A stretch of DNA of 64,000 nucleotides from Octopus sinensis (GCF_006345805.1 NC_042997.1:34720001-34784000); one strand, 5' to 3'. Numbered from the stretch's first letter, positions 13,400 through 28,268 are shown. Numbers and translations are program-made. Notes: generated by a model not told the origin, from the letters alone.

Positions 13400-14900
13400 A
13401 TAGTGTCAGTCGCTCTTGAGTGCTACTGGTAACATGTAATCCAGAACAACCTGTCGCATGGTCGGGTCGTCGGCGACTAAACTGCCAACCCCACTAGGCT
13501 TGCTTGGTGAGGATGGTGTAGTTGGACATCCTGCGGGATGAAAAATAGGACATGTCAAAGGGCCCATCAACCCCTGAATAGTCAACGGCCATCCAACAAA
13601 ATGTTTGTAAATATGTATATACAATTTGTATATGTATATTTTTACTCTCTCTATATATATTTATCCTTTTATGTCTTTTAATTGCACATCTTTTACTTTT
13701 TTTATACAATATTATTTATATGTAATTCTTATTCACACATCGCACCTTTGTTTATTTACATTTTTGATATTTGTATTTTTATATGTATATATCTATATTT
13801 TTACTTTTATATATATATATACTTAGAGCCCGAGTCCCGAAAACGTGGCTAACAGGGCGCTCTGGTATTGCAAGTCCCCAACGGCGGATCTCTTCTTAGT
13901 GAAGGCGGATGAGGGCGATGCCAGGCAAGCTGGCTATAAAAGCGGACTACAACAAACTGGAGTTCTGGCAGCTTGCCACAGGAAGCCTGCGAACAGATCC
14001 AGACGGGCTGGTCCCAAGGCGGAGCATAGGATCTTATCCACCAACTCTGGCAGGTTGTTGCAGCAGAAGACAAGAGTCAATCATCTCGAGACTCCTCTTG
14101 CTATTGCACCTCCCTTGCCTGCTGTCAAGTCCGTGCAGCTGAGAACTGTGCATCCACTCCGGCACCTTAAACTTCGACTTTGATCCTTCATTCTCTTTCA
14201 TCCTCTCTGCAAATCCTGCGGCGATGGGATCATCTGGCGACGGGGGAAGACTAGGATGTATTTGGAAGCCTCTAGTAAGATGGTCATTGTTGGATGGACC
14301 CGTTGATGAACATCCACCTCGGGCCTGCTTGTGCGTCCAGGCAACCCTTTTCAGGGATAGCACTGCCTGCTCCACATGGGGAAGGGCCTACAAAATGTGG
14401 CTCAGAAAAGGCTCGTCCTCACTTGCTCGACTGAGTAACCACTCCCAGTGAGTCATCCCCAAACATGCGGTAGAAACCAAGCATCAAAATTGAAAAAGAA
14501 AAAGAAACCCTCGAACCTCATCCTTGCAGGTTGCAATGTTCGCACCCTCCTTGATGACGTTTCACATGATGAGCCAGACACTCGACGACCCCGCGACGCA
14601 CTGCTATTGTAGTCACCGAACTCAAGCGCTACAACCTCAACATTGCTGCACTCTGTGGGACTCATTTCTCCCATGAGGGTTCCCTCACTGAAGAAGCTGA
14701 TAGATATACCTTCTCCTGGAAAGGACATTTCTTTGGGACGCCCCGTTTGCATGGGGTTAGTTTCGCAATCAAGAAAAGCCTATTGCAGAAAATTCCTGGA
14801 GTACCCTCCTGTATCAGCGAGCGTCTGTTGATAATCAAATTTCCACTTGCGAACAAGCGTTTTCTGACAATTCTCAGCGTTTATGAACCAACTCTGTAAA
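13400..14900 (+). mobile_element. RTE/BovB-like LINE 5' region (5'UTR plus APE endonuclease start), 3'-truncated, interrupted by an AT-rich insert at about 13600-13825
   Basis: About 14460-14900 translates (frameshifted) as LILAGCNVRTLLD...RRTAIVVTELKRYNLNIAALCGTHFSHEGSLTEEADRYTFSWKG...HGVSFAIKKSLL...ERLLIIKFPLANKRFLTILSVYEPT, the RTE APE N-terminus. Assigning the upstream part as UTR is inference. Confidence 0.8.
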
Positions 14901-16057
14901 TTCCAGTTTACATAATTTAACTTATGCGACAAAAGTTTTTCATATTGAATTTATCTCTGAAAAACAATGTGAAAGTGTTAAATGTTGAAGAAGTAGACTA
15001 GAATAAAATATCCTGACGATAGTATTGGATTTTGTTTTAGGAGATGTTGGGTAGGCTACGAGCTTAGTCTGTACAGAGACAAAAGCAAATGCTGAAGGCC
15101 ATTTGAATCAATGCTTTATAGGTTTTTCGAACTCTCTATAACAACATTTTCCATCGAAAATAACGTCGCAGACGAGTAAGTACGCTTCCTGTGAGAAATC
15201 GCACGCAATTTGATACGAAACGTTACCAGAGCTAACTAAAATACGTACAGCAACAGTTATAAAGAACTCAGTAGTTATCAAAAAAACAATAACATAATTT
15301 TAAAATGAACCTGAAAGCAGTGCCGCATTAACAATTACAGTATCATTAGCTGTTCATTTCCGGAATTACAATGAGAGCTTGTGGTAAAATATTGCATGTT
15401 TCGCGAAACCTATGTTTCGAAGACCAGCGTGAGAAAAAGCGCAAATATTGTGAGAAGCAAAAGAGAAAGAGATAGGACTACAGCAGTCATTTTTCCTGTA
15501 GTGGACGAGCTTATAAAAATCAAAACAAAAATTTACATTAAACTATAAAGTTTGTATAAAATATCAAGAGATATTTAACATAATACGTAAACTACATAAA
15601 ATATAGTTAGAAGCATTTACGGGAGTGTTTATTAAAAACACAAATAGAAGGAATAAAATTCTTTCTTACTTGAAAGTGTAAATTTACAATTGTTGCTCCG
15701 AGTATGACGTCAGAGAAGCTTAGTATAGAAGACGGATCATGTATGGTCTCTTTTTTGTTCCGTTATAAAATGGAATTCTATTAGAATTCAATTATATTTT
15801 AGAATATAAGAATACACTTGACTGGTTTCAGATTAGAATTTCAAAAATGCATAGTATATGGAACTGTACTGCGGATTGTGTCTATTCTGGCCGCTGTTAT
15901 AAAAATAGTTTCCCTTAGAAGTAGCAATGTGGCCGGGAATGCTATCCATTAAAATGCAAATTGTTTAGCTCATGTGGCAGTTGGGTGAGAGGATCATAAA
16001 ACAACTTTTCTTTATTGCATATGTTATATGACAATTAAAGAAGGGAGATATAAGTGA

Positions 16058-16872
16058 CTAGCTGACATACCCGATAATTCCCGGGAAAACGGGGCTTATC
16101 CTTTGATTCCGGTCTCATATTTGTTTCGCTAATCCAATAACAACAATACAAAGTATGTAGCCCTTAAAACGGTTTTGTGTATTTACAGAGGACTGTCTAA
16201 CACAGGATCTTGTTTTTAGGAATACCCAATAAGTTATGAATACTCAAATTGTGAAGTCAGTTATTCAATAAAATGAAATTAGTTACCCGATAGTAAGAAT
16301 TCAAATAAAGTAGTCCCAAAAAGGGCTTTAATGTGTTCCCAGAGTGTATAGAACATAGGAAGGAATACTAATAAGTTATATATACTAAAATCCTGAAGCA
16401 TGTTACGTAATAACAGGCTAAGTAGATATGAGATAATAGCAATTCAAAGTAAATAACTCTGAAAAAGGCTTTTGTGCGTTCCAAGAGTATATAATACTGA
16501 CGGAAGCTAGTGCTGGTGTAATCGTGAATAAGTCACTAATCGAAATAAGTGGATCTATTGTTTAGGAAAATACTATTTACTTGTTTAAAGGTTGTACTGT
16601 ATAAATTACTTAACTAACTCTAACAGTTCAAATACTAAGAAATAAGCATGCTCTATTTGATGTATACCAACTAATTAAGGAAAATGAATGGGTTATTTCC
16701 CTTGGCTATATATAAGGATCCCTTCCAGGGTTCTATTATAAATTTTTCAACGACCTGAGTATGCCATGATGTTTCCAGACATGAGTTCTACTCATGTGTC
16801 AAGTTTCATCAAAATCGGTAGCTAGCAACTCCAGAAACACCCACTGACAGAATTTCCCACATATGTAGAAGA
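16058..16872 (-). mobile_element. Non-autonomous Helitron with internal ~145-bp tandem subrepeats
   Basis: Minus strand: A|TCTTCTACATAT...ccgattttgatgaaac...cccgggaattatcggg (hairpin) tatgtcagCTAG|T. 5' TC, 3' CTAG, inserted between A and T. Two aggaatac..aataagttat units at about 16218 and 16361. Confidence 0.8.
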
Positions 16873-16929
16873 TGATATAATTGTTTACATAAAAGTGTTA
16901 TGAAAAATTTCTGTTTATTATTCTTTCAA

Positions 16930-17150
16930 AGGTTGAGTCGCGTGGTTAAGTGGTTTGTGCATTGGACTCATGTACATAAGATTATGAATTCGATTTGTAC
17001 TGGGCGACACGTTGGGTTCTTGAGCAAAACACTTCATTTCACGTAGTTAATCCTTCGACAACCGCCATCCCATGCAGGTGAGAAATACGCATGCCATGGA
17101 AACTGGAAAACCGACCCTATGAGTCTATATGACTTGGGAAGGTTCTTTGT
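16930..17150 (+). mobile_element. Decayed tRNA-derived SINE (family D)
   Basis: gtggttaagtggtt...gaattcgattt (A/B-box-like) followed by ttcttgagcaaaacacttcatttcac. Confidence 0.55.
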
Positions 17151-17521
17151 ACTTTAATTCTGTCAATGAATAACGTTGTCAATTAGTACTAGCTCCCTAG
17201 TTAAAATATCCATTCTTTGTTAACAAGATGTTGGGTAAGTATGACAACGAGATGTGGAGTAAAAAAGACAGATGATAGCCGCTACAGGGATTTTAGTTTC
17301 CTTAAGAAGAAGCACAAGCAGAGATTCTACAATAATTAATTCATATGAAAAAGCAAATCATGTATTACTGATGTTTTTATTACCGTCCATCAGTAGCTTT
17401 TGTCTTTTTAATAAACGAACTTTCCTTATTAATTCTTGTTTGATCTGGAGTATTGTCATCACTTTGATAATAATATACATATATGTATATGTATATATAT
17501 ATATACATACATATATATATA

Positions 17522-17584
<63 letters not shown>

Positions 17585-17604
17585 CATACATAGATACACA
17601 CACG

Positions 17605-17667
<63 letters not shown>

Positions 17668-17668
17668 A

Positions 17669-17867
17669 AGTTAATCCAAACAAGAAAACAAAAAGACAAC
17701 AACGCGAGGATGTGGAACAAATAAAGTATTATTGGGCGCTCAGGAAAGAAGGGAAGAAGGAGGGTATGACGTTTCGAGCGGAGCTCTTCGTCGGAAACAT
17801 AGGAGAAAGAAAGATCCCGAGGTGGGAGGACAGAGGGAAACAATGCAAATGGTCTTCACGAGGTCAC
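17669..17867 (-). mobile_element. Short element within (TA)n carrying a hammerhead-like core (Penelope-like terminus)
   Basis: Flanked by (TA)n on both sides. Minus-strand gttt-CCGACGA-a-gagc(tcc)gctc-GAAA-cGTC-atac at 17764-17798. Confidence 0.55.
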
Positions 17868-18119
17868 ATATATATATATACAGTTTTAATGATGAAGTCG
17901 AACCACATAGTACTAATTCAAAATCCTTTAATAAGATTGGGTAATGATAGTCTCTCCCGTCGGGTTCGACGAATGAGGATCCGACAAACTACATTCTCTC
18001 TGTTAGTCATAATGCGTAATATATGATAGGAAATGCACCAATACGTAAACCTTTTTCAGTTAAAGCGTTTTCAAAATTGCGGTACTGTGCATCTATTCTT
18101 AGCATAACATGAAATATCT

Positions 18120-18120
18120 G

Positions 18121-18218
<98 letters not shown>

Positions 18219-18219
18219 G

Positions 18220-18265
<46 letters not shown>
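18120..18265. repeat. (TATC)n microsatellite
   Basis: Seen directly. Confidence 0.95.
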
Positions 18266-18269
<4 letters not shown>

Positions 18270-18271
18270 AT

Positions 18272-18313
<42 letters not shown>

Positions 18314-19303
18314 AACACACACACACACATCCAAACATACATGCATACATAGATATGTGTATGTGTGTGTGAGTGTGCGTATGTGTTTGTGTGTGTGTAT
18401 GTGTGCGTATGTGTGTCTCTGTGTGCGTGAGACCTCGAAAACGTTACTTCCTTTAATTACAAAAGAAATACAAATCTTCATTGTTACTACAACAAAGATT
18501 CTATGTAGATTTTGTTAAAGAAAATCATAAGAGAGCGAATTTCATCTTAATGTAGCATGTTGAATAGTTGATATAAATTTGGTTGAGATACTATAACTCT
18601 TGTTCTCGTATTTTCTTATGACCTTGTTTACAAAAGTGAATATCTTCTATTGGAAACACTCAGTTATCATGATCCAAGAAAAGGTATACAAATTTAGGAA
18701 GAATTATATGTACATGGTATTTCGTGCAATTCAGAGAGACTCGATGAACAAAGCTAATTTAATTTGTTACATGATTTGGCAAAGTATCTGTGAAATTACG
18801 TGTTGCAAGTAACTCGAAATAGGATAATTTAACACGGTTTTCTGTACAATTTCAAATGCTGGGTACTGCAGCGATACATATATATAAGCTATAATTTTAT
18901 CCATTGCATTTCATATGTTCAAATTTATTAACTTTACATATAGTCTTATTAGCAACAATGTAACCTAATACAGTCCAGTCCTATTCTGTATCCTTCTTCC
19001 CACTAACAATATTCTTTCTCGCTACTTGTCACATAGTATTTTTCTTCATATATGGAATATTTCACCAATGATACTCATTGTAATTTTGGATATTCGAGTG
19101 ATTAAGATGCAGTAAATTGCAAATCCGGTACAGTTTACAGAGTTGTATATATTTACCATATTCTGCTTGATAAATCGTATACAAATACCGAAAATATTAG
19201 TGCTCGGAGATATCACATACACAAATAAACCGCGCATCCACTAAATACTCGTACAGTTAGTTAAAACTTGTTGTTATATAATAATAATATTGATGATGAT
19301 GAC

Positions 19304-19334
<31 letters not shown>

Positions 19335-19346
19335 GTGATGGTAGTG

Positions 19347-19404
<58 letters not shown>

Positions 19405-19784
19405 CAACAACAACAACAACCGTACTTTTGAGACTGGTACTTGGGTGTTGATAATTAACAAGAAATTATCAAAAATTAAAATGTGCGGAAAGAAAACTTG
19501 TCAGACTTCTGGCAACAGGCTGCTGTCCGCTCTCACAAAATCTCCAAAAAAAAAAAAAAAACGACAGCTAGGATTTTGAAATTGGTACTTGGATGTTGAA
19601 TACAATAATTAACAACCAAGTATCAGAGCTTATAATGTACAGAAAGAGACCCTGTGAGACATTTCACAACAGGCTGCTGTCTGCTCTTAAAGAATCAACC
19701 AGAACCAAAGAATCAACCAGAAAAAAAAAAGACAGCGCTCTCTGAGAAGTAAAACAATAATAATAATTATTATCATTATTATTT

Positions 19785-20265
19785 GTCCAGTCCATCTATA
19801 CTTGCTGCGAGTATACTCTGCGATGACATCTCTCTCGCCGGACTTCTTTCTGATGATGTTGCTATTTATGTGCTCTCTCAACGAGATACCAAGCATTGAC
19901 CTTTCCATGGCTCTTTGAGCCGTTATCAGTCTTTGCTCTTCTCTCTTTGTGGTAGCCCATGTTTCACTACCATATAACATTGCAGGCAGAACTGCACTGT
20001 TAATGAGGTTGGTGCAAGTATAGATGGGCTGGACACGTCGCCCGGCTCACCGATAATCGGCGGACGCACGCAGTTTTCGACTGGTACCCGCGTGAGCGGA
20101 AAAGACCACCCGGAAGACCTCCACGACGTTGGTTGACGATTTCAAGAGGACGATTGGGATCACGTGGATGAGAAAGGCGCGATCCAGAGAGGAGTTGACA
20201 GCGTGCTGTGACCAGCGGTGTCAAATGGAGGCCTGACGGACTGGTCGGTCAAAGTGATCAAAGTG
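19785..20265. mobile_element. RTE-clade LINE 3' fragment with inverted 5' part and a 13-bp TSD
   Basis: Minus segment encodes NLINSAVLPAMLYGSETW...QRAMERSMLGISLREH...KYRWTG. Plus segment continues KYRWAGHVARLTDNR...WYPRERKRPPGRPPRRW to a tcaaagtgatcaaagtgatc tail. TSD atcattattattt at 19772-19784 and 20266-20278. Confidence 0.9.
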
Positions 20266-20277
20266 ATCATTATTATT

Positions 20278-20485
20278 TAAGGGGAAAAGATAGCCGAATC
20301 GTTAGCATTTCGCACGAAATACTTAGCGGCATTTCGTCCATCTTCTGAGTCCTAATTCCGCTGAAGACGACTTTACCTTTCATCCTTTCGGGGTCGATGA
20401 ATAAGTATCAGTTTTGTACTGGGTCCATGTAATTGATTTATCCCCACCCCCAAAAATGATGGCCTTCTGCCAAAATTTAAAGACA
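20278..20485 (+). mobile_element. SINE family A
   Basis: tagccgaatcgttagc...cctttcatcctttcggggtcgatgaataagtatcag. Confidence 0.8.
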
Positions 20486-20937
20486 TTACTATTATGTCAT
20501 TTAATTATTTTACTATGGTTTCTTTTGTAGAAAATAATAGACGCTTTATCATTCATGTGTTTCGAAAGAAAAAGATTGAGTAAGTCAAATAAAAACACAT
20601 ATTTCAGAAATGATTGACAGTAATTATTTCGGACTTGTTCCTTATTCATACGTTTAAGGTAGGCGAAAGCATATATGACAGTGTATCAAATGAAAACAGT
20701 ATGATATAAGTAATTAAACAAAAATTTAACTATACGTCATTTTCAGCAAAAAAAAAAATATCGAGGGTTGGTTTAATTTAAGAATGGCAGCTCCAGATGA
20801 CTTTTCATATTATCGTGACTTCATCAAAAGGGCATAAGTCTCATCCATTTTTCATGCGCTGTGATGCAATAGTCATCAAATGAATACACATGATTATACA
20901 TTTGTGAAACAAGTGTAAATTTGCGTTAGGAATGTCA

Positions 20938-21093
20938 GTGGCTGTGTGGTAAGTAGCTTGCTTACCAACCACATGGTTCCGGGTTCATTCCCACTGCGTG
21001 GCACCTTGGGCAAGTGTCTTCTACTATAGCCTCGGGCCGACCAAAGCCTTGTGAGAGTGGATTTGGTAGACAGAAACTGAAAGAAGCCTGTCG

Positions 21094-21132
<39 letters not shown>

Positions 21133-21358
21133 TTGTGTGTTTATGTTTGTGCGTCTGTGTTTGTCCCCCCCCAACATCGCTTGACAACCTATATGGTGTG
21201 TTTATGTCCCTGTAACTTAGCGGTTCGGCAAAAAGACCCGATAGAATAAGTAAAAGGCTTACAAAGAATAAGTCCTGGGGTCGATTTGCTCGACTAAAGG
21301 CGGTGCTCCAGCATGGCCGCAGTCAAATGACTGAAACAAGTAAAAGAGTAAAAGAGCA
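20938..21358 (+). mobile_element. tRNA-derived SINE family B with internal (TA)(TG)n microsatellite
   Basis: gtggctgtgtggtaagtagc...gggttcattcc...cttgggcaagtgtcttctac...(TA)n(TG)n...cctggggtcgatttgctcgactaaaggcggtgctccagcatggccgcagtcaaatgactgaaacaagtaaaagagtaaaagag. Related copies at 31.4, 47.4 and 63.9 kb. Confidence 0.9.
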
Positions 21359-21454
21359 CACGAAAATGCAAGACAAAACCATAATATGTAAAGTGTAGTC
21401 TCAAGCACTTTACAAAAATATAAATATTGGTTTAAAAGTTTACCAGAAGTCCGG

Positions 21455-21640
21455 TATTTTCGAGGTAGTGGGTAAGTCGATTGCATCAACTGAAGTGTCC
21501 AACTAGTAATTATTCTATCGACCCCAAAAGGGATAAAGGCAAAGACGACCTCAGCGGAATTTGAGCTCAGAACGCACAGATGGACGAAATGTCTTTAAGT
21601 ATGTTGCCTGTCCTGCTAAGGACTCTGTCAGCTCGCTGGT
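21455..21640 (-). mobile_element. SINE family A
   Basis: tatcgaccccaaaagggataaaggcaaagacgacctcagcggaatttgagctcagaacg. Confidence 0.8.
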
Positions 21641-22595
21641 AATCGGAAATATGAATATGAAAACTGTAAATAAGGAATCTCTCTATTTTAGATTTCTTGT
21701 TAGAATATTGCGATTTTTAGTTAGCTTTTAATGTTCCCTATATCTAATATCTTGTCACTACCTCAACTATCCTCTTTCACGCAGATGGCGCATCCGAATT
21801 TTCCTTATTTCTTTATTCCAGCAAATGGTTTCTCAGAGAAGCAATATCAAAAATTTAATTGCGGAGAAATGGAGTATATCATTTATTGTATATGCGTTTG
21901 TCGCATTGAGATACAGTTTAGTCCACTAGAGAAAATATATTCACGCAAGTTATACTCGCTAAATATTACTGAATTTAATCTTTATTATGACTGATATGTC
22001 TTGCAGCCATTTATATTTCTCTTTATTAAAATTCAAAAGAAAAGAATATCAATAAGTAAGATTTATCCTCATTTATATTTGCATTTCCTCTTTACCTATG
22101 AATGTATGTATACATATATACTTGTGTACATATATGTGTGTTGTGTGTATATATACATATAAGCATATATTTATATATACATATATTTATGTATGTATAT
22201 CTATATATGTGTGTATATATATATTACGTACATAGTAATTAATATTTAGATGGCAAAATATGGCTTATCATGCAATCGTATATTGGAACAGAGGGGGACA
22301 AATACACGCAGGGATACACGCCCTCCCCCACAAACACGCACACACACACACACATACATATATATGCGTGTGTATGTATGTGTATGTGTATGTTTGTGGG
22401 TGTATTTGGGGGTTGTGCATAATCGAGCAATCAAAGAAACATAGCTTATATGACTCACTTCACGAAATCTCATTTCATTAGCGGCAATATTTACCACATA
22501 TGTCATCATTATCATTTATTGTTGTTGTTTTTGTTGTTGCAGTTTATTATTATTATTACTATTATTATTATTATTATTATCATTGTTGTTGTTAT

Positions 22596-22903
22596 CTTTT
22601 TTTCTTCTTTCTAATTTGCTTCCATTTCTTGTCGAGTGTCTTCCCGACTCCTAGGGCAAAGAAACTCATAGTATACATTGGTAGGCCATTAAACTAAACT
22701 CACTAGTTCGTTCATTTTTTAATTTTTTTTTAAAGTTAAATTAAAATACATGGGTAGTAGTTGTTTTCACATCGACAATGCTCTTCTCAATACGTGTGAT
22801 GTACCAGTTAAGACAATCTTTTGCACTTCTTGCAGGGATGGTAAGACAGGGATCATTCTCATATAATTTTCGGTTCCCTTCTTGATCATTCCTAGTGCTC
22901 CTA
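22596..22903 (-). mobile_element. R4/Dong-type LINE family A, 5'-truncated 3' end, embedded in (TAA)n
   Basis: Near-identical to the reverse complement of about 35432-35743 (GALGMIKKGTENYMRMIP.LPSLQEVQKIVLTGTSHVLRRALSM* plus 3'UTR). (TTA)n on both sides. Confidence 0.92.
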
Positions 22904-22907
22904 TTAC

Positions 22908-22983
<76 letters not shown>

Positions 22984-22985
<2 letters not shown>

Positions 22986-23180
22986 GGCTGGCAGAATCAT
23001 TAGCACGCCGGGAAAATGTTTGGTGTTATTCGTCCCTCTTTACGTTCTAAGTTCAAATCACACCGAGGCCGACTTGCCTTTCATCTTTTCGGGGTTGATA
23101 AATTAAATATCACTGAAACATTGAGACCAATACAATCGACTATTTCTCCCGTCCAAAACTTCAGGAGTTGTGCCTTTAGC
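22984..23180 (+). mobile_element. SINE family A between (TTA)n tracts
   Basis: aaggctggcagaatcattagcacgccggg...gcctttcatcttttcggggttgataaattaa. Confidence 0.85.
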
Positions 23181-23214
23181 AGACCCAATTATTATTATTA
23201 TTATCATTATTATT

Positions 23215-23520
23215 GAGTGAGTGAAAGAGCAGCACATGCCATCAAAGTAACACTGGGGTACAAATATCTAAAGCCCAATACACTCAGCATGATCACCCGT
23301 TTGATAAGTGTACACACGTACATACATCACACTTATATGTGCGTGATACGATGACCTCAGTTCAGGATAAATATCGGCTGGTCTTGCAGGTGGTTCAAGG
23401 TCAAGCAATTAAGCAAATGTGCGGTGCTGATGAGAATATTTCCTGTAGCCCATCTTTTACGCCAACATAAATCATGATAACACTTCCAATCAGTTGCGAT
23501 CTGAAGCGAAGACAACCCTT
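23215..23520 (-). mobile_element. Dispersed repeat 'family T', partial, next to (TTA)n
   Basis: Homologous to 24452-24762 (gagtgagtgaaagagcagcacatgccatcaaagt...). Confidence 0.75.
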
Positions 23521-23562
23521 GCATGGCATTGCATCATAGTATTTATTATTATTTTGCTGTGT

Positions 23563-23780
23563 GTAAGGCGGCTAGATAGCAGAACTATTGGCATGCCGGG
23601 TTAAATGCTTAGCGGCATTTCGTCAGTTTTTACGCCCTGAGTTCAAATTACGATATGATTGGATTTGCCTTTCAGTTCTTGGAGTCGATAAATTAAGCAC
23701 CAGTGAAACACTGCGGTCGATGTAAACGACTAGTACCCGCCTTCCAAATTTCAGCGCTTGTACCTATAGTTGAAAGGAAT
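23563..23780 (+). mobile_element. SINE family A
   Basis: taaggcggctagatagcagaac...gcttagcggcatttcgtc...gagttcaaatt...gtcgataaattaagcaccag. Confidence 0.8.
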
Positions 23781-23789
23781 TGTATAACT

Positions 23790-24060
23790 ATTATTATTGT
23801 TCTTGTTATTCCTTCGTAACACAGTGTAGGTAAAAAAGTATCGGAGTATTTAGTCGTCTGTCAAATCAGAACAAGGATCTCAGACAGATAATACTTTAAG
23901 ATGTGCGCTGTGCCCAATAAGGAAGCTTTTTGCAAGACATCAATCTTGCATGGGATTTCTATTTACCTTAAGACGTCTTGAAGTTTCAATGAGATTGAGC
24001 TCAACGCTCCGATCAACTCTCGTATCAAGTTTTAAATTACACTCTTACATTCCATACAGT
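23790..24060 (-). mobile_element. R4/Dong-type LINE, further family (D), decayed 3' end
   Basis: Minus strand reads ...LIGAL.S...LQKASLLGTAHILK, the terminal RLE-LINE motif also seen in families A and B, but with a different 3'UTR. Confidence 0.6.
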
Positions 24061-24191
24061 CTTGGTACTCTGCCCTAGGTGTCAAGAAGACAGTCGGAAA
24101 TGGAAACAGAATTGGAAGATGATAATGAAAATAATAATGATAATTCTCCTTCTTCTTCTTCTTCTTCTTCTTCTTCTTCTTCTTCTTCTTC

Positions 24192-24227
<36 letters not shown>

Positions 24228-24451
24228 ACAGTAGTGGTCGTGGTATTGATATTATTATTAATGATATCGAAAGATGTGATTATTTTTCTCGTTCTTTATG
24301 GCGTTTTCTTTTAAATTACATCATTCAATGATCATTGTTGATGCTTTAAAAAATAACAATCCCTTTTAACGTATTTTTTGAAAATACATTTTCGACAGTA
24401 TTAACGTCGTTGTCACTCTCATTCTCTTCGTTCTCATTATTATTATTATTA

Positions 24452-24950
<499 letters not shown>

Positions 24951-25449
24951 TTTATCACTAATACTAATACGATTATCATTATAATTGCTGTCGTCGTCCT
25001 TGTTATCTTTGTCGATGTTGTGTTTAGCAGAAAAAGAAAATGGGGAAAACAAATTTACTCATTTTAAGATATAACGAAAATCATCTCAGATGAAAGATGA
25101 AAGAGATTGAAAAGTATATATAAAAAAAAACTAAAAAAAAAAATACAACAACCTAAAGCAAAAAAAAAAACCAAGGAAAATTCAAGACAGGAAGCTTTAG
25201 TACACATGCTAAACTGAATAGAAACACAAAGAATTGCAGACATTTTCAAATACCTACTGTATATAAGAAATAACACTCACACATACACACGTATCTATGT
25301 TTGTATACTCATATACTATATATGTATAGGCGTATATATATAAGTATGTCAGAATAATTGTAAGACTATACGCAGACATATATATACACATACTCTCAAA
25401 ACAATCGCGACTCTAGAACTTTTTTCTGCTATGTTTGATGCATATCTTG

Positions 25450-27210
<1,761 letters not shown>

Positions 27211-27577
27211 ATCGACATTGTTGCGAATGTTCTTCCAAATATAATTCCAATTATATTTGGAATTGCACATAGCTTTAGTTAGAAAATTGTAGCTTAAGCA
27301 CTGAAGATTTCTTTTCGCTTTTGTGGTTTTTACAACATAATTGGATGACTTATATTTCCTTAATCCTGTAATTTCTGGCCGTGAATACACACACATACAC
27401 ATACATATATGCACATATACACGCAGACGTACAAACACACATATACATACACGCATATGTGTACGCACAAATGTAGACATACACATACATACACGCGCAC
27501 ACAAATATTAAATGATATTTATCTACTGCAGGATGGAATATGGATTTTGTTGATCGTCTCTGTAAAGGAACAGTATA

Positions 27578-27651
<74 letters not shown>

Positions 27652-27879
27652 GCTTTTGTATGTATGTGTATATATGTGTTTGTGTGCGTGTGCGTTTGTA
27701 CGTATGTATGTCTACATTCAAAATTTACGTTTGCAACGGAAAGAGGATACAATGGGTAATTATTAGTTTAATGGTCTATGAAAGATTAAAAATGTGGAAA
27801 AATCTTCTTCGCTTTGAGACTGAATTCTTAAACGCTTGTTTGTGCCATCCGTCCACAACAAAAATCTAAATCGCATCAC

Positions 27880-28162
27880 ATAACGACAATACGGCATAAT
27901 TATTTCACCTCAATTAGACCCGTTCTCTTCAACATTACACCAGGACACGTCAAAACAGAAACTGACCACACAAAATTCAAGAAGTCTTTGGACAAATTCC
28001 TTCAAACAGTCCCGCACAAACCACCCACACCCGGATATGTCTCCGCAAACAATAACTCCCTGCTCTAATGGGCCTCGGTGCCCAAATCCTGAATTGAAAG
28101 ACTTCGCCAGGTGGTGCTATTAAGTTAGACATGGCCTGGGCCAATACTGGCCAAAACCTAAG
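27880..28162 (+). mobile_element. CR1-like LINE 3' end
   Basis: Translates ...PVLFNITPGHVKTETDHTKFKKSLDKFLQTVPHKPPTPGYVSANNNSLL*, similar to the CR1 C-terminal GPRLFN.LP...FK..LDKFL..VPD.P..PGY motif. Ends at (TA)n. Confidence 0.75.
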
Positions 28163-28163
28163 T

Positions 28164-28199
<36 letters not shown>

Positions 28200-28268
28200 G
28201 TATGTATATATATCATATATACATACATATAAATATATATATACACACACAGACACACACACACACAC

